From Actinomycetota bacterium (GTDB lineage Bacteria > Actinomycetota > CADDZG01 > JAHWKV01), in NCBI GenBank assembly GCA_040905365.1, contig JBBDRQ010000083.1, forward strand, positions 1,172-65,171: a DNA stretch of 64,000 nt. Direction: 5' to 3'. A model generated the notes under the pieces. It was not told the origin of the DNA. It searched no databases and worked only from the letters and a program-made list of their open reading frames with translations. A program made the position numbers and the translations under genes. Of the stretch, positions 46,322 through 55,273 are shown one piece after another (position 1 is the first letter of the stretch; the number at the start of each line of letters is the position of its first letter).

Positions 46322-48195
46322 GCACGCAGTACAGGCGCCCGGCGGTTGCCATCGTCAGTTTTTGCGTGCTGGTCGGCATGTGGACCGGCACCGCAGCGAT
46401 AGCCAGCGCCGGAAAGGTCGTCGGCGGCACCGTACTTGGCGGCGTGCCGGTAGAGGGCCTGCAGGCGCAAGAGTTGAGCCGCCGCTTGGGGCCGGCGGCC
46501 CAGGCGGTGCAGCGGCGCCCCCTGACTCTTTCGGTCGACGACCGGCAATGGACCCGGACCCCGGAGTCCATCGGGATCACCGTCGATCTGAGGGCAAGTG
46601 TCGGGCGGGCTCTGCAGGTCGGCCGGACCAGCTCTTTTTCCTGGGTATTCGAGTCCTTCTTCGACCGCCGCAAGGAGCTGGACTGGGTCCCGCACATCGA
46701 TCAGGACAGGCTTGACGCAGCGGTAGCCGAGCTGGCGGCGCTGGCCGATAGAGACGCCTCCAACGGGGATTTTCGCGTCGTCGGGTCGTCGGTGGAGGTC
46801 CAGCCGCCGACTGAGGGCGTGAGCCTGATCCCCGACGAGATCAAGCGGGCGCTGGTCGAGGCGGTGGTCAGCCCTCATCCCGGAGACGTCGTCGAGCTCC
46901 CGGCACAGGTGACGTCGCCGGACATCACACCCGAACAGCAGGCCCGCGTCCAGCACCAGGCCGAGGAGGTCCTGTCTGGGCCGATCGAGTTTCTCCACGA
47001 AGGCCGCTCGTTTACGGTGCCTGCCGAAAAGGTTGCCCCTTCACTGCGCGTCGAGGTCACCGAACGCTCGGGAGGCGAGTCGGGTTCCATAGCGCTCGCC
47101 GCGGATCCCGAGACTCTGAACGCGGCGATTGTCGACGAGGCGCCTTTTGTGAGAACAGCTCCCAAGGACGCCACGTTCACCGTCTCGGGATCCAACGCGT
47201 ACCTGCAGCCCGATGTCGACGGATCCTCTATTGACGCCGGACCGCCGGCCGCTGAGCTGGTCAAACTCACCTCGTCGAACCGTCCGGCGATCGAGCTGCC
47301 CACGGTGGTCGAGCCGGCCGACTTGACTACCGAGGAAGCCTCGGCGCTGCAGATCAAGCAGCGGATCGCGTCGTTCACGACTGCGTTCGACGCCCGAAAC
47401 GCACCCAGGGTGGGCAACATCGACCGGATGGCATCGGCGATCGACGGGACGATCCTTTTGCCGGGCGAGACTTTCTCCCTCAACGGAACGACCGGGGACC
47501 GCTCCGTAGTCAACGGGTATCAGGAGGCCGGCGTACTGGTCGACGGTGAGGTGGTGCCGGGGATCGGCGGCGGCGTCTGCCAAGTGGCCACAACCTTGTT
47601 CAATGCCGTTTACAGCGCCGGGTTGGATGTGGTCGACCGCAGCAACCACAGCCTGTTCATCTCTTCCTACCCAACGGGCAAGGACGCAATGATCAACTAC
47701 GGTTACCAGGACCTGAGATTCAACAACGACACGTCCTTCGGAATGCTGCTCAAGGCGAGCGTCTCCGCCAAGGATTTGACGGTCAGCATCTACTCCTCCC
47801 CCTTGGGCCGGCGTGTCGAGGAGAGCGTCTCTCCGCGGAGCAACCCCCGGACTCCGGAGCTCAAGGTCGTGGAGGATCCCTCGCTCCCGGAGGGTACCGA
47901 GATCGTTACGGCAGAAGGTATCGACGGATTCGACGTGACGGTGACTCGCACGGTCTACGAGGGTGGAAACGTAGTGCACAAAGACAACTTCGTCTCCAAG
48001 TACAAGCCGTGGAAGAGAGTGGTCAAAGTAGGTACCGGGCCCCCGTTGCCCCCCGAACCCGCCCCGGATGATCCCGACCAGGTAGCATCAGAGGACCCGA
48101 CTGAGACTGACCCGGGTGGTGAGGAGGCTTCGCCCCCCGCCCAAGAGGAAGATCCTCAGCCGGATGGAGAAACAGCCGGTCCAGAATCTGATTGA
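46318..48195 (+). CDS. VanW-family protein with N-terminal TM anchor and acidic Pro-rich C-terminal tail
   Basis: TTG at 46318 overlaps the upstream stop. The VanW core is 'GGGVCQVATTLFNAVYSAGLDVVDRSNHSLFISSYPTGKDAMINYG'. The C-terminal '...GTGPPLPPEPAPDDPDQVASEDPTETDPGGEEASPPAQEEDPQPDGE' is low complexity. Confidence 0.75.
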   Translation: MSTQYRRPAVAIVSFCVLVGMWTGTAAIASAGKVVGGTVLGGVPVEGLQAQELSRRLGPAAQAVQRRPLTLSVDDRQWTRTPESIGITVDLRASVGRALQVGRTSSFSWVFESFFDRRKELDWVPHIDQDRLDAAVAELAALADRDASNGDFRVVGSSVEVQPPTEGVSLIPDEIKRALVEAVVSPHPGDVVELPAQVTSPDITPEQQARVQHQAEEVLSGPIEFLHEGRSFTVPAEKVAPSLRVEVTERSGGESGSIALAADPETLNAAIVDEAPFVRTAPKDATFTVSGSNAYLQPDVDGSSIDAGPPAAELVKLTSSNRPAIELPTVVEPADLTTEEASALQIKQRIASFTTAFDARNAPRVGNIDRMASAIDGTILLPGETFSLNGTTGDRSVVNGYQEAGVLVDGEVVPGIGGGVCQVATTLFNAVYSAGLDVVDRSNHSLFISSYPTGKDAMINYGYQDLRFNNDTSFGMLLKASVSAKDLTVSIYSSPLGRRVEESVSPRSNPRTPELKVVEDPSLPEGTEIVTAEGIDGFDVTVTRTVYEGGNVVHKDNFVSKYKPWKRVVKVGTGPPLPPEPAPDDPDQVASEDPTETDPGGEEASPPAQEEDPQPDGETAGPESD

Positions 48196-48234
48196 AGATC
48201 TGTCCGATACCGGGACAGCATAGGAGGAGATTAA

Positions 48235-48633
48235 ATGTCCAACGTCCCCCAAGACCTCAGGTACACCCGGGAACACGAGTGGGCCCGCCTGGAAGATGAC
48301 GGCAGGGTGACCGTGGGTGTGACCCACTTTGCCCAGGAACAGCTGGGCGACGTGGTGTTCATAGACCTCCCCGAGGTGGACGATGTGGTCGAGGGCGGCG
48401 AACCGATGGGCGAAGTCGAGTCCACCAAGTCGGTGTCGGACGTCTACTCGCCGATCGGGGGAAAGGTCGCGGAGGTCAATGCCGAGTGCAGCGAGAATCC
48501 GGTGGCCATCAACCAGGACCCGTACGGAGAGGGATGGCTGCTCGCCATTGAGCCGTCCGATCGAACCGAGTTCGACGGTCTGCTGACCCCTGAAGAGTAT
48601 GAAGAGTTCCTCCAGGAGGAAGCGGGCGAGTAG
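48235..48633 (+). CDS. gcvH: glycine cleavage system H protein
   Basis: 'EHEWARLEDDGRVTVGVTHFAQEQLGDVVFIDLPEV' and the lipoyl-Lys motif 'EVESTKSVSDVYSP'. Confidence 0.9.
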   Translation: MSNVPQDLRYTREHEWARLEDDGRVTVGVTHFAQEQLGDVVFIDLPEVDDVVEGGEPMGEVESTKSVSDVYSPIGGKVAEVNAECSENPVAINQDPYGEGWLLAIEPSDRTEFDGLLTPEEYEEFLQEEAGE

Positions 48634-48679
48634 TGCCGGTAACCGCGGGGTCGGCGCTCGGTGATCATCGACTAGCGGG

Positions 48680-49495
48680 GTGTTGGGCGGGGTGAGCGGT
48701 AGCGAAAGAGCCTGCTGGCAGTTGGTGGTCTCGCCCGCGCGCAGCGGCGCGGACAACATGTCTCTCGATGCGGGTATGCTCAACGCCGCCGTCGAGTGCC
48801 GCCGGCGGCTACCGTTGCTCCGTTTATACGGCTGGGCGGGGCCCACGTTGTCGGTAGGTTCCAATCAGGTGGTCGATGCTGCTCTCCGGGCGCGCTGCCG
48901 GCAGGCAGGTGTGGAGCTTGTCCGACGGCCCACTGGGGGTTCTGCCGTCCTCCACGGCGCCGACCTTACATACGCGGTGGCTGCCCCCTATGCGGAGATG
49001 GCGGTCATGGACGCCTACCGGTGGGTGGCGCGCGGACTGATCGCCGGGCTGGAGCAGGTGGGGCTGCGAGCGCAAGTCGTGCGTCACCGGGGATCTGCCG
49101 GACCGCTGTTGTCCCGGACCCCTCAGGGCTCTCGGGGGGCTTATGAGGCGAACCGAGGGTGCTTCAGTGAGACGGTGGGGGCCGACCTGCAGGTGGGGGG
49201 GCGAAAAATTTGCGGAAGCGCGCAAAAGCGCCGACGCGGCTGGTTTCTGCAACATGGCTCCATTCCTCTCCAGGACGAAAGAGCGCGCATCGGGGAGCTG
49301 CTGGGTACCGGCAGCAGAGACGACTCCACGTGGTTGGGCGCGCTGCGTCCGGGTATTACCCCCGGAGAACTGCAGCACTACCTGGTGCGAGGGTTCCAAA
49401 ATGCGTGGGGAGATTACGTACAGCTGGAAGAAGGCGACGCGCTACCTTTGAGCGAAATCAAAAGAAAAGGTTCAGCAAAGGTTGTGCTCGCCTAA
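48680..49495 (+). CDS. lipoate-protein ligase / octanoyltransferase-family protein (BPL/LPL catalytic domain)
   Basis: 'VRRPTGGSAVLHGADLTYAV' and 'RKICGSAQKRRRGWFLQHGSIPL' match the LplA/LipB catalytic-core motifs (RRxTGGGAVxHD ... KIxGxAQ ... HG). It is adjacent to gcvH, its likely substrate. Confidence 0.7.
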   Translation: MLGGVSGSERACWQLVVSPARSGADNMSLDAGMLNAAVECRRRLPLLRLYGWAGPTLSVGSNQVVDAALRARCRQAGVELVRRPTGGSAVLHGADLTYAVAAPYAEMAVMDAYRWVARGLIAGLEQVGLRAQVVRHRGSAGPLLSRTPQGSRGAYEANRGCFSETVGADLQVGGRKICGSAQKRRRGWFLQHGSIPLQDERARIGELLGTGSRDDSTWLGALRPGITPGELQHYLVRGFQNAWGDYVQLEEGDALPLSEIKRKGSAKVVLA

Positions 49496-49541
49496 CCTTA
49501 AACTTATTCTTTAGATGGTCACCACCCCGGGAGGTCTCGAA

Positions 49542-50021
49542 ATGTATTGTCACAACTGCGGTACGCGCAATCCAAAAGGCGCGAACTTCTGTGGCGCCTG
49601 CGGCCATACTTTGCAGCCTGTGAGCGCCGCGACTGAGACCACCATTTCCTTTGTCCCGGAGGCGGCGGGAGATGAACCCGAAGAGATTTCGCTCGGCTCT
49701 TACGACTTTGACGAGGGCAAAGCGGTTCTGGTGGTGAAAAAGGGACCCGATGCGGGGACGAACTTCTTTTTGGACAAGGATCTGGTGACCTGCGGCAGGG
49801 ATTCTGCTTGTGACATCTTTTTGGACGATGTAACGGTATCCCGCCGTCACGCCGAGATACGACGCGACGCCAACGGTTACACCATCGCCGACTCCGACAG
49901 CCTAAACGGCACGTTCGTCAACCGGGAGCGCGTGGACGCGGCGCCGCTCAACAACGGAGACGAAATCCAGATCGGCAAGTTCAAACTCGTGATCTTTACT
50001 GATGGGTCAGGTTCAGGTTGA
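49542..50021 (+). CDS. FHA-domain protein with N-terminal zinc-ribbon (GarA/OdhI-like position)
   Basis: RBS 'gggagg' precedes ATG 49542. 'CHNCGTRNPKGANFCGACGH' C4 ribbon. FHA core 'GRDSACDIFLDDVTVSRRHAEIRRDANGYTIADSDSLNGTFVN'. Confidence 0.8.
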   Translation: MYCHNCGTRNPKGANFCGACGHTLQPVSAATETTISFVPEAAGDEPEEISLGSYDFDEGKAVLVVKKGPDAGTNFFLDKDLVTCGRDSACDIFLDDVTVSRRHAEIRRDANGYTIADSDSLNGTFVNRERVDAAPLNNGDEIQIGKFKLVIFTDGSGSG

Positions 50022-50062
50022 GCGCGCAACGAAGTTCAGCCTCACGTAGATATCGCGACTAC

Positions 50063-50767
50063 ATGAGCATCGGCGATGTCATCAAGACGCTGTCCGATGA
50101 GTTTCCCGACATTACGCTGTCCAAAGTGCGCTTCTTGGAGTCGGAAGGGCTGATCGAACCGGACCGGACGCCGTCGGGTTACCGCAGGTTCTATCAGGAG
50201 GACCTGGCCCGCCTTCGCTACATTCTCCGGCTGCAGAGGGACCACTTCGTTCCGCTCAAAGTCATACGTAAGCGGCTGGAGACCTTGGGCCCGACCGAGA
50301 ATTTTGAGACAGAGGAGCCGGAGGCTCCTGCGCCGCCGCCCATTCAAGCGACGCGGGAAGAGGCAGAGCTGGAATTGCTCGAGGGGGGCGTCAGCATGAG
50401 TCTGTCGGAGTTTATGGCCGCCACCGGCTTGTCCGACGAAGAGGTCCGGGAGTTGGAGGATTTCGGACTTGTCCACGCGCACCCGCTGGATTCGGGGGGT
50501 GCGTTCTACGACGAAGACGACCTGGCCGTGGCCAAGATCTCCAAGGAGTTCGGAAAGTTCGGAATCCATGCACGACACCTAAAGATGTACAAGAATTTTG
50601 CCGAGAAGGAGGTCGGGCTTTTCGAGCAGGTAGTGATACCCCATTCCAGGACCAAGGGCGACGGGCGCAAGACCGTGAATCAGTCGCTCAACGATCTGGC
50701 CCGGCTGTCCCGGAGGCTCAAGCAAGCGCTCTTGAAGTCGAGGTTGCGAGAATATCTGAAGGACTGA
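50063..50767 (+). CDS. MerR-family transcriptional regulator
   Basis: 'MSIGDVIKTLSDEFPDITLSKVRFLESEGLIEPDRTPSGYRRF' MerR-type HTH. Start taken at the internal ATG. Confidence 0.75.
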   Translation: MSIGDVIKTLSDEFPDITLSKVRFLESEGLIEPDRTPSGYRRFYQEDLARLRYILRLQRDHFVPLKVIRKRLETLGPTENFETEEPEAPAPPPIQATREEAELELLEGGVSMSLSEFMAATGLSDEEVRELEDFGLVHAHPLDSGGAFYDEDDLAVAKISKEFGKFGIHARHLKMYKNFAEKEVGLFEQVVIPHSRTKGDGRKTVNQSLNDLARLSRRLKQALLKSRLREYLKD

Positions 50768-50811
50768 GCGTCAAAGTCAATCCAGAACCTATAGGGTCGG
50801 CCAGCCGGCTG

Positions 50812-51933
50812 GTGCGCGCGCTGGTGGTGGTGTTGGTGGTGAGCCTGACGCTCGTCCAGCCGCAGGCCGCCCGAGCGCAGCAGGCGCCGCCGTCCGTCCC
50901 GACGTTAAGTGCAGCCAGTGCGGTGCTCGTGGACGCAGACGACGGAAAGATCCTGTGGTCAAAGGATCCTCATGCCCGCCGTTCGATCGCAAGCACCACC
51001 AAGGTCGTCACCGCTTTGGTAACTCTCGAGCAGACTGAGCTTACCGACGTTGTAACCGCCTCCGCGCGCGCGGAGGCGGTCGGAGAAGACGATCCACTGG
51101 TTACGGAGCTGGAGCTGGTGGAAGGCGAGCAGCTGACGGTAGAAGAGCTCTTGTACGGCCTCATGCTGCCCTCTGCCAACGATGCTGCGGTGGCGCTGGC
51201 CGAGCACATAGGAGGCTCGGAGGCGGGTTTTGCGCGTTTGATGAACGCGAAGGCCGCGCACCTGGGGGCCGACGATTCCAACTTCGTCACTCCTAACGGG
51301 TTCGATCGTCCAAACGCATACTCGACGGCTGCGGATCTGGCGACCATCACCGCGGCCGCCTTCGAGAACGAGACGTTTACCCGGATCGTGGGTACCCGGC
51401 GGTACGAAATTTCGGGCCCGAGTGGCTCCCGGCAGCTGATCAACCGCAATGAGCTGCTTGCGAGCTTTCCCGGCGCGACCGGCGTGAAGACCGGCAACAC
51501 CCGCCAGGCCGGACCGTCGTTGGTGTCGTCGGCCACCCGGGGGAGTGAGAGCCGCATAGCGGTCGTGCTGGGTAGCAACGATGTGTTCGCGGAGTCGGCT
51601 GAGCTACTGGAGTACGGGTACACCGGTTTCCGGCGCCATACGGTCGCCGGCGAGGGGCAGCGGTGGGCTCAGCTGACCTACGGCGACGGGACGACGGTTG
51701 ACTTGGTTGCGTCCGAGGAGCTCACCTACCTGCTGGGGCCGGGCGAGGCGCCGCCGGCAGCAGTTTACCGGCCGAGCGAGGGCGTCCTAATGGTCTACGG
51801 TCCAATTGACCGGACGGTTCCTGTCGAGGTCGTGTGCGCGCATGACGACTGCAGCGGCCCGGACGGACGCACAGGTGGCGCTATGGCCAGATTCATTTCC
51901 CTGTTCGGGTCCCTGCTCGCGTTGTTTCGATGA
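50812..51933 (+). CDS. D-alanyl-D-alanine carboxypeptidase (S11 family, PBP5/DacB-like)
   Basis: Signal peptide. 'SIASTTKVVT' (SxxK). 'LPSANDAAVALAEH' (SxN). 'VKTGNT' (KTG). Confidence 0.8.
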   Translation: MRALVVVLVVSLTLVQPQAARAQQAPPSVPTLSAASAVLVDADDGKILWSKDPHARRSIASTTKVVTALVTLEQTELTDVVTASARAEAVGEDDPLVTELELVEGEQLTVEELLYGLMLPSANDAAVALAEHIGGSEAGFARLMNAKAAHLGADDSNFVTPNGFDRPNAYSTAADLATITAAAFENETFTRIVGTRRYEISGPSGSRQLINRNELLASFPGATGVKTGNTRQAGPSLVSSATRGSESRIAVVLGSNDVFAESAELLEYGYTGFRRHTVAGEGQRWAQLTYGDGTTVDLVASEELTYLLGPGEAPPAAVYRPSEGVLMVYGPIDRTVPVEVVCAHDDCSGPDGRTGGAMARFISLFGSLLALFR

Positions 51934-52520
51934 ACGACGCGCCGCTTGCCCGGGTTCGGTTCAGCGCCGCACAGATCCGCGCAAGGGTCGGCGAACTGGC
52001 GGCTCGTGTGCGCGACGATCTGGGCGGAGAGCTCCCGGTTCTGGTTTCGGTACTGAAGGGTTCGCTGGTGTTCATGGCGGATTTCTCACGCAGCCTCGAC
52101 CTCGAAGCCGAGGTAGATTTCATGATGGTCAGCTCGTTCGTGGGCGGGGCGAACACGGGGGTGGTGCGGATCGTCAACGATCTAGAGATCTCTATTCAGG
52201 ACCGGGACGTGGTGGTTGTCGAAACCATCGTCGATACCGGGCTCACGTTGTCGTTTTTGTTAAAGACTCTGCGAGCTCGCAACCCCAAATCGCTTAAGGT
52301 CTGCGCCCTGGTGGACAAACCGGTACGCAGGATCGCGCAGCCGCTGTTGGATTACGTAGGCTTCGAAACCGAGGAGTTTATGATCGGCTACGGGCTGGAC
52401 TTCAAGGGCCGTTACCGCAACCTCCCGTACCTGGTAGGCGTGCGCGATGTTTCCGCACTGGCGGCTCAGCCGGATGCGCTTATACGCCAGTTTACCCTGG
52501 GTAAGGGGCCACAAATTTGA
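51930..52520 (+). CDS. hpt: hypoxanthine phosphoribosyltransferase
   Basis: PRPP-binding 'DVVVVETIVDTGLTLS' and 'VSVLKGSLVFMADF'. Confidence 0.85.
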   Translation: MNDAPLARVRFSAAQIRARVGELAARVRDDLGGELPVLVSVLKGSLVFMADFSRSLDLEAEVDFMMVSSFVGGANTGVVRIVNDLEISIQDRDVVVVETIVDTGLTLSFLLKTLRARNPKSLKVCALVDKPVRRIAQPLLDYVGFETEEFMIGYGLDFKGRYRNLPYLVGVRDVSALAAQPDALIRQFTLGKGPQI

Positions 52521-53044
52521 CCCGCGGCCTATGCTACGCTGAGGTCAATAGCGAGGTGGGAGGCCATTTGATCGAGCTCAACCTTGTTGGTGTTCGGGTC
52601 GAACTCCCGACCAATCAGCCGATCGTGCTGTTGAAGGAGCGAGACGGCGAACGCTACTTGCCAATATGGATAGGCGCCGTCGAAGCGACTGCAATCGCAT
52701 TCGCGCTCCAAGGAGTAGTGACGCAGCGGCCCATGACCCATGACCTAATGAAGAGCATCCTGGAAGAGGTCGGGGTAGTAGTAGATCAGATCTCTATAGT
52801 CGAGCTGCGCGACGGTACTTTCTACTCGACGATTCACCTAAACGCCAACGGCAATGCTCATGAGATTTCCAGCCGCCCGTCGGACGCGATCGCGCTGGCG
52901 GTGCGAACGGGCGTGCCCATCTTTGCGGCCGAGGACGTGGTGGAGGAAGCGAGCATCACCATTCGTGACGACGAAGAAGAGAGCGAGGTCGAAAAGTTTC
53001 GAGCCTTCCTTGAGGACGTCAACCCGGAGGACTTTCAAGGTTAG
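52517..53044 (+). CDS. bifunctional nuclease family protein (DUF151, DNase/RNase domain)
   Basis: 'PIVLLKERDGERYLPIWIGAVEATAIAFALQG...MTHDLM' is the characteristic DUF151 block. Acidic C-terminal tail. Confidence 0.7.
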   Translation: MTRGLCYAEVNSEVGGHLIELNLVGVRVELPTNQPIVLLKERDGERYLPIWIGAVEATAIAFALQGVVTQRPMTHDLMKSILEEVGVVVDQISIVELRDGTFYSTIHLNANGNAHEISSRPSDAIALAVRTGVPIFAAEDVVEEASITIRDDEEESEVEKFRAFLEDVNPEDFQG

Positions 53045-53134
53045 TTAAGCCAAGGACATTGAGCGTTGAGGGCAATGACGCTGGAGGCCTTGAACGTTAA
53101 ATCTAACCTTTAAATCGATATGTTGGCTAAGTGC

Positions 53135-53180
53135 TTGACCCTTAATTGGAGCCCTTATAACGTGACGTCCACGTAATTAC
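53135..53180 (+). promoter_or_regulatory. candidate promoter/operator upstream of MerR-family gene: TTGACC box and palindrome ACGTGacgtcCACGT
   Basis: 'ttgaccc...tataa' followed by a 15-nt palindrome at about 53160-53174, and 'taattac' immediately before the ATG (possible leaderless start). Seen in the sequence only. Confidence 0.3.
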
Positions 53181-53720
53181 ATGGAAGGGAGCAGGCGGGT
53201 GGAACCTGACTTGAACGAGGGGGTCGACCTCGAGGGCGACACAGAAGGCTTTCGGGGCCCCCAAGTATGCAAGATCGTGGGTATCAGCTACCGTCAGCTC
53301 GACTACTGGGCGCGCACCAAGCTGGTGGAGCCCAGTCTGCGTGCAGCACAGGGTTCGGGGAGCCAGCGTCTGTACTCCTTCGCCGATCTGGTGGACCTCA
53401 AGCTGATCAAGAACCTGCTTGGTGCGGGCGTGAGCCTGCAGAGGGTGCGGGACGCCATAGACTACTTGCACGCCATCGGCCACGATCTCAGCGGAGTAAC
53501 CATCGCGAGCGACGGTACGTCGGTCTACGCCTGCAAGTCCCCGGAGGAGGTTTTTGATCTGCTGCGCGGCGGACAGGGGGTGTTCGGCATCGCGGTGGAC
53601 CCGGTCATGCAGGAGCTCAAGGGCTCCGTGCTCGCGCTGAGGGACCATAAAGTACCGGCGCAGCCGGCGGCCGGTGAATCGACGGTAACCGAATTAGGCA
53701 AGGCGGCAGGGAAGGAATAG
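53181..53720 (+). CDS. MerR-family transcriptional regulator
   Basis: 'QVCKIVGISYRQLDYWARTKLVEPS' MerR HTH. Coiled-coil-like C-terminus. Confidence 0.7.
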   Translation: MEGSRRVEPDLNEGVDLEGDTEGFRGPQVCKIVGISYRQLDYWARTKLVEPSLRAAQGSGSQRLYSFADLVDLKLIKNLLGAGVSLQRVRDAIDYLHAIGHDLSGVTIASDGTSVYACKSPEEVFDLLRGGQGVFGIAVDPVMQELKGSVLALRDHKVPAQPAAGESTVTELGKAAGKE

Positions 53721-54187
53721 GGCCGATCCCGGACGAAGAAGACCTTCAACCTGAACCTTTACCACCTAGCGAAACCGTAAAGTTCGCCCATAACTCTGAA
53801 CGCCAGTTCGCTAAACTCCTGGACTTCTACGAGATCGAGTGGGAGTACGAGCCCCGGTCCTTCGACATAGGGTGGGACCGGCAAGGGGAGCCCAATCAAA
53901 GGTTTAGGCCGGATTTCTACCTGCCCCAGTACGACACGTACATCGAAATCACGACCCTGAACCAACGGCTTGTCACCAAGAAGAATCGCAAGGTGCGACT
54001 GCTGCGCGAGTTGTACCCCGACATCAAATGCAAGATCTTTTATCAACGGGATTACATTGATTTGCTGATCAAGTACGGGCTGGAGCGGCCGAGCCAGGGC
54101 TTGCCTTCCCGCGGCAGACCGAGCCAGGCAGGGCCGGGCTCCGACAGCGAATTCCTGGGACCGAATGAGGAGGCTCGGACCACATGA
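53717..54187 (+). CDS. conserved-looking hypothetical protein with no canonical start codon (possible PD-(D/E)xK-like fold). Possible pseudogene or non-canonical start.
   Basis: The open frame from 53678 encodes '...VKFAHNSERQFAKLLDFYEIEWEYEPRSFDIGWDRQGEPNQRFRPDFYLPQYDTYIEITTLNQRLVTKKNRKVRLLRELYPDIKCKIFYQRDYIDLLIKYGL...'. This is strongly protein-like and occupies the slot of a small hypothetical gene before gcvT in mycobacteria. The first ATG/GTG/TTG is at 53993, deep inside the domain. Only ATA at 53717 and ATC at 53726 are available near the start. Confidence 0.4.
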   Translation: MGPIPDEEDLQPEPLPPSETVKFAHNSERQFAKLLDFYEIEWEYEPRSFDIGWDRQGEPNQRFRPDFYLPQYDTYIEITTLNQRLVTKKNRKVRLLRELYPDIKCKIFYQRDYIDLLIKYGLERPSQGLPSRGRPSQAGPGSDSEFLGPNEEARTT

Positions 54188-55266
54188 GCAAGACTTCGCC
54201 GCTTCACGAAGAGCACGTCAGGGCGGGCGCCAAGCTCACCGACTTCGCCGGTTGGGATATGCCGCTGGTGTATCCGGAGGGCACCATCGTCGAACACAAG
54301 ACCGTGCGATCCTCGGCTGGCCTGTTCGACGTAACGCATCTGGGAAAACTGACGCTGACCGGAGAGGGAGCGGAAGAGACGCTGGATCGCCTGCTGCCCG
54401 GCAAGGTGGCCAAGCTGCGCACCGGCAAGGCCGGCTACAACGTGGTGCTGACGCCCGAGGGCGGCGTGGTCGACGACCTCTTCGTCTACAAGCGCGAGGG
54501 CCCGGACAACTTTATGGTGGTGCCTAACGCGGCCAACACCGACGCCGTGCTGGAGTTTCTCCGGTCCAACTCGGGCCCCGGTATCGAGATAACCGACGCC
54601 CGGCAACGCTGGGCGATCCTTGCGCTCAGCGGGCCCAAGGTACGTGAGATCGTCGCCGCTCTGCTGCCCGACGCCGAGAACATGAAGATGCACGACTTCG
54701 TGGAGCGTCCCGTGCAGGGGATGCAAACAATCGTGGCTCGGACCGGTTATACGGGCGAGGTCACTTACGAGTTTTTTGTCGAGTGGGATGAAGCCGTCGA
54801 GTTTTGGAATCTCTTGCTGAAGGCGGGTAAGCCTTACGGCATCAAACCGGCCGGTCTCGGCGCCCGGGACACGCTGCGGCTGGAGATGGGCTACGCGCTG
54901 CACGGCCACGAGCTGTCGGTGGACATCAACCCTCTGGAGGGCGGTGTCGGCTGGTTAATAGACTGGGACAAGGAGTTCCTCCTCAAAGATGTGCTGGTTA
55001 GGATCAAGCAGGAGGGGCTCAAGCGGAAGTTGGTCGGTTTGGTGGCCGAACCCGGCAGGGTCCCGCGTGCGGGCCATCAGGTATTCTTGGGCGAGGTACC
55101 CGTGGGTGAGGTTACGAGCGGAAACTTCTCGCCCGTACTAGGCACCGGTATCGCCCTTGCATTGGTCTCCGTAGATCACAGCGCTCCGGGTACCAGCCTG
55201 CAGATCGACGTGCGTGGCAGGAAGCTTCCGGTGGAAGTGACCAAGCCACCGTTCAAGAAGAGCTAG
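54184..55266 (+). CDS. gcvT: glycine cleavage system aminomethyltransferase T
   Basis: 'SPLHEEHVRAGAKLTDFAGWDMPLVYP' and 'FDVTHLGKL' GcvT motifs. 360 aa. Confidence 0.9.
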   Translation: MSKTSPLHEEHVRAGAKLTDFAGWDMPLVYPEGTIVEHKTVRSSAGLFDVTHLGKLTLTGEGAEETLDRLLPGKVAKLRTGKAGYNVVLTPEGGVVDDLFVYKREGPDNFMVVPNAANTDAVLEFLRSNSGPGIEITDARQRWAILALSGPKVREIVAALLPDAENMKMHDFVERPVQGMQTIVARTGYTGEVTYEFFVEWDEAVEFWNLLLKAGKPYGIKPAGLGARDTLRLEMGYALHGHELSVDINPLEGGVGWLIDWDKEFLLKDVLVRIKQEGLKRKLVGLVAEPGRVPRAGHQVFLGEVPVGEVTSGNFSPVLGTGIALALVSVDHSAPGTSLQIDVRGRKLPVEVTKPPFKKS

Positions 55267-55273
55267 GAAAGCA

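Noticed and set aside
54100-54184. Glycine riboswitch upstream of gcvT, and upstream of gcvH at 48195..48235.
   Set aside because: The spacers are about 40-80 nt and partly coding. No tandem-aptamer-sized leader exists here.
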